In this document: piece by piece, positions 23,305-35,500 of the stretch
Numbering within the stretch: the stretch's first letter is position 1
Layout: each line of letters begins with the position of its first letter
NCBI GenBank assembly: GCA_013115125.1
Contig: JABANN010000243.1
Coordinates: forward strand, 1-48,154
Source: Perkinsus olseni
Lineage: Eukaryota
Reading direction: 5' to 3'
Length of the DNA stretch: 48,154 nt
Notes under the pieces: generated by a model
The model's input: the letters and a program-made list of their open reading frames with translations, nothing else
Database searches by the model: none
What the model was told of the DNA's origin: nothing
Translations under genes and position numbers: made by a program

Positions 23305-23712
23305 ACGGACATTCATGGGTCAGCAACTGCGTCGACGGTCCCTGAGACCGCGGGAGAATGACGAGGAGACGGATGCGGAGTAACAGAGGATGTGCAGCGT
23401 ATCGTTTACCTTACTGTTACTCGTATTCCAGGTTACTCCGGATCGATGTGCCCTCACCATCTCTTTCTCTCTCTCTCGCTCACGGCCGCTGTTCGGCCAG
23501 GCGACTCTGCAAAGCCTCGGAGGATTCGACAGAGTTTATAAGGTCAACAATGGAAGTATAAAGAGGCTGACCAGGCCTTGATAGGGAATGTGACGGCCAG
23601 TAGGCCTTAGTCTGCAAACTATACATAGTACACGACAATCAGTGTTATCGTCGGACCAGAGTAAGAAATGTCTTCATTATTCGATAATACAATAGTAGAT
23701 AATAGTACAATG

Positions 23713-24356
23713 TTTTTTTGTTTTTTTTCTTTTTTTCTTTTTTTTCTTTTTTTTCTTTCTTTTTCTTTTTCTTTTTTTTTCTTCTTTTTGTTTTTTTTCT
23801 CTTCTTTTTCTCTTTTTTTTACAACAACTTCCTCCGGCCGCGGACAGGCGGCACATCACAGGCCAGTCGAATCCGGCGCTCCCATACTGTCCGGTTTTTA
23901 GCATCACCGGGTCTCAGACCTACATCATTCATATCTTGTTTCACCAATTCGATCCATGCCTGTCGGGGCCTGCCGGGTATTCTGGAACTGCTTGAGTGAA
24001 CACGCGGGTTCCAATTCAAGAGTCTGTTGACGATGTGGTCGTCAGGTGCTCTCAATAGGTGACCATGCCATCTCAATCTCCTTGCGCGTAATACGTCTTC
24101 GCATGCAGGCGAACGTGTCCTCACATAGAGCTCACGTGATGGTAGCCTAGTCATTGGAGCCACGCCCAGGACTCGCCTCAGACATATATGGTAAAACGTT
24201 CTGTACATTTGTTCCTCTTCCTTATTGATCGCTAGTGCTTCCGAACCATAGAATAGTGAAGCAAATACCACAGATCTCATGATTACCATCTTTCCGTCCA
24301 GTCCGATATCATGGGACTTCCATATGTCCCGGAGTTTGTGTAGGGCTGCACCTGCA
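23713..24356 (-). mobile_element. 5'-truncated non-LTR retrotransposon (RTE-like LINE), 3' end with A-rich tail
   Basis: AGAALHKLRDIWKS...SLFYGSEA...CLRRVLGV...RARRLRWHGHLLR...GRPRQAW...NRTVW matches the C-terminus of RTE-clade reverse transcriptase ORFs. The TAA stop runs into a ~108-nt A-rich tract (T-rich 23713-23820 on +). Confidence 0.9.
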
Positions 24357-24754
24357 GTACGGAGCAGGGGAGCGAAGGACGCAAATGCCCGATCGACAGT
24401 CGTGCTTTACCCGGATAAGTTTACGGAGGAGATAAACTTCAATCGATTCATTTATTACTCAGGGAAACATAACAAATACCGTCGATTAAGTGTACGTGTA
24501 TGAGCAGATTCTCAACTACATTAACTACATTCTCACGACATACCTAGCCGGCAGTTCCGAAGCCTCTCGCCTCGGATACGACGTTTGGAGTCATATAGAT
24601 CGAGACAGGTCTGAATCGATAAGATTGTCTACATCGATCACAAAACTATTTAGCGTATTTGATATGAAGGCGATTCGTTGAACAAGTTTATCAGATCAAC
24701 GGCTTGTGAGGCAAGCCTAGTCTGGTCGGCTGACGCTGTCAGAGGCTGTCAGCC

Positions 24755-26013
24755 TTACGGCCGACGGCTATGTGACTTCTCGAATCCGCTGCTACTTTTC
24801 GTCCCCTTCAGCCCTTCAGCCCACTGAGCTAAATCATCATGATTGTCGACCATCCACTCGAGTGCAGTTTCATCCAGAGCTTGCTCTGATTCACCCAACG
24901 CACCCCCGCGGGCTACTCTGCTGGCCGTTCCGACTTTACCGCCCGCTCTACTCGCCGATCGCAGAGATCTCGTAGGATTCGACGAAGGCGAGGATTCGCA
25001 CGGGACGCCCGTTTCACTGTTCCCGGTGTTCTCATTATATACTTCGAGCCCTTCAGCCCACTGAATTAAATCCTCATAATTGTCGACCATCGACTCGAGA
25101 GCGGATCCATCCAGAACCGGCTCTGGTTCAGCTAGTGCACCTTCGTAGGCTACTCCAGTGGCAGCTCCGAGTGTACCGCCCAAGCTCCTCGTCGATTGTA
25201 GTGACCTCGTAAGACTTGACGAAGGCGAGGACACCCGGAACTCGCCTGGGGCGCCAGTCCCACTGTACCCTGTTCCCGGACTGTACGCCCTGGGGATTTC
25301 GTGGTCAAAAGGTAGAGCCTGCCCCGGTTCGTCATAACCGGCCGTGGCACTCAATCTCATTTTCGCAGTTGATTGGTCATTGTCCGCTTCGATGTTCTTG
25401 AAGCTGTTCGGTCGAGAGAGTCGCTCCATTATGGCGGGGCTATCGACCATGCTCGTCCCTTGGCTGACTCGCCGACGCTTGGCAGCCGAGGGAGAGTCTT
25501 CCGAGTATTCGGAGATATCAGAGACAGATTGCCCTCCTGCGTCACCTCTCAGTAGGGACTTCAATACTGGGTATTCCGTGGTATCAGGTGTTCTAGAACC
25601 GCTCTCGTCTCGTCTCAACAAAACGCTTACTTCACCGAGGACCAAGTATGTCTGTGACTTGGGGCCTTGACAGATCCCCGCCAGGCGGGGCCCGCCTCCT
25701 TTGCGTACACGGTCTTCAGAAAATGGTCAGCAGGAAGTCTCGGTTCATCTATGAATAGTTTACGTCTGCTTCGTTTTCCCTCAAACCAGACGCATCTTCG
25801 GCTGGAATCACGGCTGGTTGCTCTTATGGGGTAGCTCAGAAACAGTCCGTCTGGTAAGGCGAAAAGTAGAGACCAAGCTCCCTCTTGCATTGTCAATGTA
25901 ACATTGATGAGGCTAGCGTCGGTCATCGGCAGGCTGCTTTCATAGGCGCCGGGGCGAGGTAGCTCGAGAGGGTCTTTTAGGACATAGTGGGGATTGCTAG
26001 AGATTCTATCCAT
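24755..26013 (-). CDS. Lineage-specific (Perkinsus-type) hypothetical protein split by a frameshift, with two 79-aa C-terminal repeats
   Basis: ORF 26013-25627 (LPRPGAYES...CVWF) overlaps a second frame (LAGICQGPKSQTYLVLGEVSVLL...) that continues to 24755. No intron of normal size bridges them. Confidence 0.6.
24805..25232 (-). repeat. 237-bp tandem coding duplication
   Basis: gcccttcagcccactga at 24811 and 25048; gacgaaggcgagga at 24981 and 25218. Encodes SSPSS..TRSL...ALExMVDNxxDLxQWAEGL twice. Confidence 0.9.
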
Positions 26014-27508
26014 TCTTCTAGGACATAGCTCAGAGCTATGAGCCGCCTAGCTCAGAGCCGGCTTAACTCAAGCCGGTAGTCGGCGTACTAGCTTGGCGGC
26101 GACAGTCGGGACACTAGGTGTCCCACTGTGCGCACAATGTAACACGGCATCTCTCCGCGCCGGTTTTAAGAAAAATAAATTCACTCCTCATGTCGCGTTT
26201 TCGCTGGGTTGAGGAATAACCGAGTGAGGGCGAGATTGCAAGATTTTCTCGATAGGGAATGTTCGAAGAGCGGCGGAGAATGGTTGGTGGCAGCTTACGA
26301 GAGATCCCTCATAGATTTCGCAAGCTCTGAATGAGAACTTACCCGCCACTCTGAAGCGGTTTTCCAGTGGTTGGAAGGTTTATAAATACATGGTGTCGAG
26401 TTCATAAGCAAACCAATCTCCGCTTGCTCGGTCTTGGTGCGAGACTTTCCCCTGTCCTCTGCTTTCAGTGGAGCCTGTAGTTTTTCAACTCCCCGTCGAA
26501 GTGTGGTCATGATGACCTAGTCATCAATGTTGTCTTTGGCGGCGAGTACTTCGCCATTGTCACGGTTATTGAATTTTATCGCCGATTTCAATTCTCTCAT
26601 CAAGTTCTTCGAACTGTGGTGGTTGAGTTTGTCTGAGTTGCAATCGGCTGCGGTCAAATCGTAAAGTATTAGCTGTAAAATTCAGGCGAAATCATTCACC
26701 GTTTTCTACGTCATCCGTTCGTGCTTTGCACCGATGCAAGGAGCCTGGCTATTAAGGCTCTTTACTGGGTTTCTCAGGTTGCCTCAAGTTCGAGCCCCGA
26801 TTACTGCGTGATGAAAAAATCTCGATAGCTAAGATCAGATTAATCGTAACTGTGTACCCACCAAAATTTTTCCGAAAATACGGGAAAATTCCAAAAATAT
26901 TAGGATTTTTCAGGGGGGAAAAGTTCGGATCAGAAATTCCCTTTCTCTTTGCCCCACCATGGCGATGCATGCGGGGCAGTTGATCTCTGAGAACAAGCCT
27001 GATCCTGACGAGATTCTGCAGCTGCCGGAGGGCGATGAGCATTTGCATGGCGGAGAGAGAAGGATGTAATGATGGGGTGGAAATTTGGTAATGATTGTCC
27101 GTTTTTTTACGATTTTCGTAATTGTTGCTTTCTCTGCTTTTCGCTGGGAGACCAAGTAGTTTGTTAAAGTTATTATTTTCCTCGCGAAATTCTCGGCAAG
27201 ACTGACTATCATTAATATACCCAATAGAGTCCATAGCTGTCTGTCGTCGCGGTGTGTTGAGTAGGCTGAGAGAGGGAAACGCGCATGTCAGGGGTTCTCA
27301 GAGTCAACAGTTGGTGAGGAAAACGGTTTTCTTCAAAATATGAAATTCATTACTAGGTCTTCGGGACGAAGGTGCGGGGCTCGCGCGACGTCCAGTGTGC
27401 ACTTTACTGTGCGTGAGCCACCCGATTGTCTATAAAAAACTCTCACAAGAAATGCTCGGAATGTGTTGAACACCAACGACGAACAACAGTAATACTGCGA
27501 TACATATT

Positions 27509-28510
27509 ATGAGTAGTGATGTCAAGGAGGGCTCAGAGTCAACAGTTGATGATGAACACGATTTTCTTCAAAATGTGAAATTCATTACTGAGCGAGTGCT
27601 ATTTGCGGAGCGCTTCATCCCGTATCGTGATCTTCGCGCTCCAGCGAGGTTGGAATTTGATGAGTTTTCGTCGAACTACTCACGAATCCGTAGTTACTAC
27701 GAGCCCGAGCTTCGTCAAGATAATACGGGTACGTTTACTATATGGCTGGAGGACCACACGGCCGCACATGCCTTGCGAACGGAACTCTTGCGAAATCGAC
27801 AAGTCAAGTTCGCTGGCTATAAGGTGACGATCGGGAGTATCTTTTCGTCTGTGCGAGGTTGGGATGTTCAGGTGCCACATCCCTTGGAGAACAAATTGTT
27901 GATGAGAGTGCAAGTGACGTCGCGTGAGTTGGGAGGGGGCATTCTGGCGTGGAGACGATGTCTCGATTTTACCGCTAGCTGAATTTGCGGACATTTTTAC
28001 TAGGATTTTACTGACAGCGAAACGACCGGGGGTTTTCTGCTGGATATATCGGCCGCTACGCTGTGTTGCTCAGAAACTACCCCAGTAGAGGCTATGAAGG
28101 AAGCGTTGAAGTCGCTGAGATCGAAGGGCGATCAGGTACTACCGGGAGGAGGTATCTTCTCTATTGCTCGACCTAGTTTCCGTTTTCGCATTTTTAGTAT
28201 TTTTAACGCGCTTAACCGATCTTTATTACACATCGCTTCGTCCAGTATGAGGGTGAACCGGTTTTTGAGGTGAATTCGTTGAGAGGTTCGTCACCGGTTA
28301 GGACGTATCCTTGACGCGTGCTGATTATCATGGCAATTATAGGTAGCTTCCTTAGAGGTTGATTCATGAGTTTTGCGGAAAAAAGATACGACATGGAACT
28401 GTTTGTGTTGTTGATTGCAGTTGGAGAAAGAGTTCGATCGGTCGTTGAAGGCCTACCAAGGGATGTCTGGAACCGGCGTGACTGCGGCTGCAGGACGGAT
28501 GGGCTTCTGA
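27509..28510 (+). CDS. RPB11: DNA-directed RNA polymerase II subunit RPB11 (4 exons)
   Basis: NTGTFTIWLEDHTAAHALRTELLRNRQVKFAGYK|VPHPLENKLLMRVQVTS|QTTPVEAMKEALKSLRSKGDQ|LEKEFDRSLKAYQ...GF*. EDHT and FAGYKVPHPLE signatures. Confidence 0.92.
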
Positions 28511-28735
28511 GTCGACGTTTCCACCACGATCGATTTGGCGTTGAGTGACGAGGCGCGAGATAAATCGACGGCTTTTGGGGTCGTTGACGAGAACATTTTT
28601 CACCAATTCCGTGAAAATTTGCGGGAAATTTACGAAAAAATTCGATACTTGGCTTGATCGACTATTGACTCTGCGAGTTCCTTCATACCACAACTCTCGA
28701 TCATCGAATATTACGAGATCGATTCATGATAAATA

Positions 28736-29173
28736 TTAGATAACGCTGATGACAGTACTGGCGAGAAAAATCAGGGGAAAACGCGCTTCTTTGGACGGTG
28801 GCTCGGTTGAGGCGTCCAACACAAATTTGCCCTCTCTCTCAATCACTACATCGGTGCTGCCATCGTGTCGAATCGTCACCGCGATCCCAAAAGAACAGCG
28901 GACTGGCATGGGCTTCGGAAGCCTCTTGTCGTCTACAATCGCCGGTCTGTACGGACCATCTCGAAGATCCAAGAAGACTTGACATCGTTCGGAGATTTCC
29001 GGAATCTTTTTCGAGGGCGACTGCCGGAGGACGGAGACTGTCCGGCTGTGGATGGTCTCAGAGCTCCCCCGAGCTGACCTGGCCGGGCGGAATCGGCGAG
29101 GCGACCGCATCCCGGAACCGAAGCGGACCATGTATGTCGAATAGTCGGCCCAGACGCCTTGGCGACGGCCCAA
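28736..29173 (-). CDS. Possible hypothetical protein exon(s)
   Basis: 145-aa open frame in a GC-richer island between AT-rich flanks; no motif recognised. Confidence 0.25.
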   Translation of the reverse strand: MGRRQGVWADYSTYMVRFGSGMRSPRRFRPARSARGSSETIHSRTVSVLRQSPSKKIPEISERCQVFLDLRDGPYRPAIVDDKRLPKPMPVRCSFGIAVTIRHDGSTDVVIEREGKFVLDASTEPPSKEARFPLIFLASTVISVI

Positions 29174-29523
29174 GTACAGTACTCACCATCTAAAGACGCG
29201 GGCTCGGGCACCGAATTTTCCGACTCAGGGGCTGAAAATTTCGGATATTCAGGTTTTAAACTACTGCGGATGGCTTAGGGGGTGAACGTGATGACCGTTT
29301 CACGAAAAATCGGGCGAGCGAAAATTTTGGTACATATATATTACTTACTTCCGGAGTGCGGAGGTCCCTGAGGCAAGAGTTGCGTAGAAACAGGGACAGA
29401 GGGGGACGCTTTGGGGACGGCCTAAGTGCGCATCTCATTTGTTGATGGCTGGGGAGATTGCGGAATTTTGGTGATGAGGTTGGGGAATCTTCGGACGGTG
29501 TAGTTTTTTCATGCGTTCTTTCG

Positions 29524-32500
29524 ATGACCACCGACAATGATGATTTTGTCCGCCCGGCCGCGGGACGCTGCAGCAGCGATGCGGAAGGTAGTGGAGAAGG
29601 GCGGCGCTTCTGGGGGTTGGTTTGACTCAATGGGTATACTAGTAGCACGTTGCCTTCTCAGTTATACTTCTGCCCGTTCAGTAAGATTTGGTATGAACGC
29701 GTCTGGTCTCGTTCACTAGAGAGAATGAGAGTACGAGAAATGCTAATCGGTGGACTCTTTTCCGTGATATGGAAAAAATGAATTTTTGACTTGGCGAAAA
29801 ACGTCATTTACGCAGTACGGGTGGAACTCCGGTTATTATTGATAATAGAATTTTCAAATTGCGCACATGTTGGTAGAGACGTGAATTTACCTCCCCGAAA
29901 TGGAATAGGGTTTTGAGCTCGGACGCTGAGAAGACCGTACAGTTATCGAACTTCGTATCATCGAAAGCCTGAGCTTAGGATTCTGGTAATCGCTGTTTGG
30001 TCTTCAATCGTGAATCGCCGTGCCTGGCGGAGTGTGTGAAGTTACCGGTGGAATGGAAATTCCTTTGTGATGAAGAGAATGGGGTCAAACTCGGAGGAAG
30101 AAATTTCCCGAAAATTCGGGCTTACCATGTGACAGTGCAGGATAAACGCGACATTCGGCTTTTAACATGCTTCTACGAGTTGGCATTCTTGAGTGTTTGG
30201 CACCGTAGGAAAGGAGTTTCTCGAGTTAGGAAGTTGATTTTCTCTTCTTATCGAGGACAGCATTAGCTCGAGCGTTGAGCCTCGACGACGTCCACTCCTC
30301 AATAGTAGCTTCCCCCAGGCATCTTACAGGGTACAACAGACACGTTTCTCGCCACAAATGGTGCCACTAGTCATGATACCAATGAATGCTTCCGTGCACT
30401 TTCGCTGTCGATACATGTTTGATTTTCGCTTCTCTTCCCCAGCGCCTCCCGCCCGGTCGTCGAGACCGCCGAACTTGACTCTTCCAGCTCCCACGGAGGT
30501 ACCGGGTCAACTGCCACATCGAGGGAGGACCCTGGTAAGGTTGATGAGAATCTTTGGAAGCTTATGAAGAGTTCGCAGGCTCTTCTGGTGGTCACGACGC
30601 TGCTGTTGAACTTTGACCACGGTGCGGTTCCGGCGGCTTTGGTTGACATTGCGGAGGAGATGAAACTTAATTTCACAGAACAGGTTTTATCGGGGCGTCG
30701 AGTGCAGTGCTGATACCAACTTTTATTGAATTGATTCGCATTGAAGTGATAGCGCCTCGTGAGTTGAAGGTGGAGTGGTATGGGAATAAACTTGTAATTA
30801 AAAAAATAAAAAATATAATTCAAAAAATAATAAAAAAATTCGCAGCACTGCTATTGAGGCGCGTAATTACCGGAGAACGAGGGAATCTCCGCAATACCAA
30901 CAATCTCGCAAATCGTGACTACATAGCGCATCCGATCATCCGTGGTACAGCCGGCCATCGCCGCAGCCAACAGCCATTTAAGGTTGGGCGAAGATAACCG
31001 ACGCTCTAGAGTGAATTGTTCATGAAATCTCTCGTAGGCAGAATTTCTCGGATGGAAAATTGGTAAATGTTCAAGAAATTTGTCGCTGTAAATTATCGAA
31101 TTAATATCATCGGAGATATCTTTCGCTGTGAGTCGATCTGCGATGAGCTACAGTACAAGGCTAGAGGAGAATCTTTGGTGGTTCCAGTTTGAACCCTGTA
31201 CGCCGTTCATTGGCGATATCCTTTTGGTATTTTTTCAGTCACTTTTGGGAGCATTGGTATTTGCCGGTTTAACGGTAGGGTCGCCGGTTGCAGGATATGT
31301 TCTGCAAAGATACTCGCCGAAGATCATCATAGTGGTAATAATAGAGGGGCTCGTCAACACCAATGCTCATACGGAGCTACTGGGAGATCATCTTTATGAA
31401 ATCTCTTTATTGACGGTTCTCATGTTTGAAACGGGAAGCTGGCTGGGGGGGGCGGGTTTTTTTTCGTCGGTATTGACCTCGGGAAAAGAAGGAAAATTAT
31501 TTTCCCGAATTGGAATCGGTTTGGATTTTCTTCCGTTGTTGATATTTTTTGTCAGATATCTTTGACAGTGGAATGCCTGGCGTTGTGGCTGTTCAGTATC
31601 AGCAAGACCAAAGGTTTGGTGTAGATCTTGATGGCCACCCTTGCGCGCATCGCGAAGATTCTTTCGTTCAGGTACATTTTTCGGTTTATTACAGGAGTGA
31701 CGCAGTCGTTTCCCATAATTTATGTAATCAAAATGGAAGGGAGAGTTTACTCATCAGTTCTACGAGGGCGTAAAAACTAAGCTCACAATCGCGTTGTAGT
31801 TTGTCCTATACCGCAAAACTGGGGATCTTTCGTGAAATTATTCTTCTTAGCGGATAGAGCCTCGTCGGTCAGCATCGCGAAAATGACGCTCTTGTGATGA
31901 GGATATTGATTACGCGAGTAATGGCGATTGGTTAGGTTCTCGCGGGAAACGCGATCGATGCTTAGCTACGCTGTAGTTTTTCCTGTGTGAATCCAGCACG
32001 GGAAGAGGATAACTTTCCGCGAAGACAAATTTTCGGCGTTTTGCTGTTTACGAGAAAAGCAGCGCAGCAAAAGTTTTGCGAACACGGACACGAATGAAGA
32101 ATTTTTTCTCAAGAAAATTTTCCTGACTGATGGGTCCAGATCCTATTGTTCACGTGAGTCGTGGAATCGTAGTGGGAAATGGGGGGTATAGTTTTATGGT
32201 CAGTCGCCGGGGAGAGCTCGTCGGGTGACGAAATCAATTAGCGAAATAATTGTGCTACGTCAGAAGAATGATATAAAAAATCTTCGCTGTGCGTTTCGTG
32301 GATACGGTCGTTCAGGTTCCGGTGTGGGTCGACGAGTTCGCCCCGATTGATTATCAAACTCAGTGGATGGGATATGTCCAAATTGCAGTTGCAGGCGGAG
32401 CGATGCTGGGATATCTTGTAGGTTGACCTGGTACTTGGTGGAGTTCAAAGATATTTCGTCTTGGATGCATCTTATACTAGGAGAATTTTTTCAATATCGA

Positions 32501-35500
32501 TTACGAGGGCGAGCGCTTTTTGTTTAGGTAGCCGGTATAGTAGCACGCTTTGGTGGCTCGGTGTACCTGACGTGGCGGTTCAATTTCTTCCTCCAAGCAG
32601 TGTTGTTTCTGCCTCTGCTGCTAGGCTTCATACTGGTGAGTGTCTAAGCCAATCGATCGTCAGGGCGCGCGCTTTTTACAAACATGTATGTTTGTTCAGA
32701 CCAAGAAGAAGTTGATTGATGTCCCGATTGATCATTTTGAATTTGGCGAATTTGCGAGTCGGAGCTTGTAAGTTTTCCCAGCGGTGGTTTTCAGTCAAAA
32801 GAATTGAGTAAAAATTTAAAAAAATTTGAAATTCGCACTGGGATCGGTGAGAAGAAATTGACGCGGCGGAAACGATGTTGTCGGGGCCAATTGGCTAGTC
32901 TGAGGTAAATCTTGCTATCTTGGTTTATCTTGCTCTTTCCGTGTGCTAACAGTGCTTGCAAGAATAGATTGATGCTCAGAATACTGGAGTAAAAGTGTGG
33001 AATTTTTGGTTGGCTTGCGGGGTTTCTGTCAAGCACCTACTATGTGCCAGTTCGATTTGCAAATGGCATTTATGCTCGTATGTCACTCTTGCGACAGAGT
33101 CTCGGGATGAATCATACTTCAAACGGAAGGCAATGATGATATGAATCCGAACAGTGACCAAGTTCAAATCGATCAACCGTTTCGCAAAAGATATCACAGA
33201 AAAACAGTTTCGCGCGAGAAAGTACTGTGCCAATTTCGATATGCAACGCAACAATCATAGTAGCACTGTGAATGGGGTGCATCGATAGACGAGCGATCGG
33301 TGATAGAACTCGGTAATTGCCATTTTCGAATGAATAATATGGCGAAGTAAATTTTAAGTGAAGGTACTGATCGCAAGTTTGACTGGGTTTTGGGCACGAC
33401 CTCTTATTAGGATTTTTTGTGGCGCATAGTGTTCATGTCATTTCTGAGGATATATGAGTTCCGAAAAATGGAAGAAAAAATGGGAAAATGGTTTCGCAAT
33501 TGATTTCTTTTTTTTCCGACTTTTCCATTTCCTCAACTTTTCTATCAGGGGAACCTTAGGTCGACTCTGGCTCTTCTCAGACAGCGCATGCCGTCGTTTG
33601 GAGGTCCGACGCCTCGCCGGCGGTCCTCGGTTCTAGCGTCATTTTCTCCGGGACCTCGTCAGAGTTTGCTCGGCTCCGGCAAAGAGCATCACCCGCCGAA
33701 AGGTTTTGGTGCCCAATTGAAACGCCTGCTGTCATCTCCACTGTAAGCGGGTCATTGCGGATGAATTTCGTGGCGCGGGGTAAAATTCCATCGGCTAGTC
33801 GCATCCTATCGGTATCGGGTTTATGGATGGGCGTGTGAGAAAGATGGTTCCATTTTCTTTGGTTTTTTGCTTCACTCGTCTTTTTTACATACGTAGTTTT
33901 CGGGAGGACATCAGCCGGGTTCGAACCTAGGCACGGTCATTTTTCCCTCATTTATGACATCACCCTGATCGATCAAGATTCACTGGAAGGGATCTCATTG
34001 GATTAGCTTTCATGTCCATTGGACATTGTCCAAGGAGGAAAATACCCGAGCGGAGCGTTGATGAGAATGCTGAGAAAAATGACTGCTTTTCGAATTTTTG
34101 CGTTTTTCGCTATACCGTGCGTTTCTCGGTGTTTTTATCGCTGTGAGTAAAATAACGACGAAGTGACGCAGACAACAAAAATACGCAGAAAAACTTTTCT
34201 TTCCGGGAGACCGCAAAGAGCTAACCGTTTCAGAAGATATTGCTTGGGGGATCGACGTGTGAATGGAGTTGAATACGCCGGGTATTTTGCGTGTGAGCGA
34301 TAACCATACACCCATATGATGAGAAGAAAGCAGAGTTGGGAAAAAGTTGGTATGTTATTATTAAAATGGAAATTGAGCAGATTTCCTTTCGTATCGAACC
34401 CAACTTGGGGTGAAAGCCGTTTCGCACTTTGCATGATACTGTGGGAGTCACGGTTTATTTTCTGTCCAGTGCACGGATCGACCTTGGATACCTTTTTCAG
34501 GTTCGTCTGTATGACTTTCGCGCTCTGCGCTTTGTACTTCGTAGTCACGGGGATTCAGTACTGGGTTATGCAGTAGGTCGAAGCTGGCTTTTCATGAGGA
34601 CAAAAGATACCTTTTTCTCGCTAACCGTATTTCCGTTAATCTTGCGCGGATTGGAATTTATTTTTTTCCGATAACGTGTGCCCCTCGGTGTTCTTTTTTC
34701 TGGAAATCTTGGTGTGAGGTTGATGCTTGCGCTACACGCACGCGAAAGATTCTCAGGTGGTGCGTTGTCGTTCAGGTACTGTATGGTGATTTTCCACGTC
34801 TCTCGGATAGCGGTTGTTCTCTTCTTCACAGTTGTTAGCTCGACGGCCCCGACCTTGGGAGTGTAAGATTCGGTGGAGTATCTTTTTTTTCGTAACGACC
34901 TAGCTCAACCTCGGTGTGTGAGCTTATACTCCAACGCCGGAGCCGGCTTGAATGACTTTCACCGATGTGAAATGTGGTTTTTATATTTTCCTCCGTTTTC
35001 AAGCTCGAGAGAACCTTTTCCGATTCCTTGTAAACGGGATGGAAATCATCCCACACTGTCCGTTGAAGGTAAGAGAAAATCGCCAGGTTTTTTAGGAAAA
35101 CTGTTGAAGGATTTTTTTTCATTTTGCGTTCCCAATGGGAATCTAGGTTCGGTGTGAAGATAGTATTGGGAGAAGGAAAGGAAACCGACTGCATTTTGTT
35201 TCAGATGGTTTGGCGGATGGTCTTGTGATAAGCTCGGTGGCTACAAGGGCGGCTCCCAGTTGATATCACTAAAGCTCTCCCTGTGCTTCGCTCTGATATC
35301 GGCGGTAAGGTGGGTGAGCAGGCTAGTAGTCGGAAGATTCGGTAGTTGGAAATTGCACCCACACGGCGTAATAACGCGGCTCCGTGTGGCGTTTTTATGA
35401 GATCGAGAAGTAGTTTAAAATAGAAAAATCGAACTTGACAGTTATCCATCGGTTTTACGTAAGGGGAATTTTTACCCGAACTCGGAAATTATTACCCGAC

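Noticed and set aside
23668-23999. Phe-rich and Lys-rich ORFs
   Set aside because: Translations of the LINE A-rich tail, not genes.
25683-25700. Perkinsus mitochondrial-type CCC frameshift codon as the cause of the frame switch
   Set aside because: That recoding is described for mitochondrial genes. This locus is nuclear, and other genes here read CCC in frame (e.g. TGG CCC CAA in the GNATs).
26295-27234. Minus-strand ORFs upstream of RPB11
   Set aside because: Several short frames with possible splice sites, but no coherent or recognisable protein could be assembled.
33914-33945. tRNA T-arm-like ccgggttcgaacctagg followed by a T-run
   Set aside because: No matching 5' acceptor strand, A-box or anticodon arm upstream.
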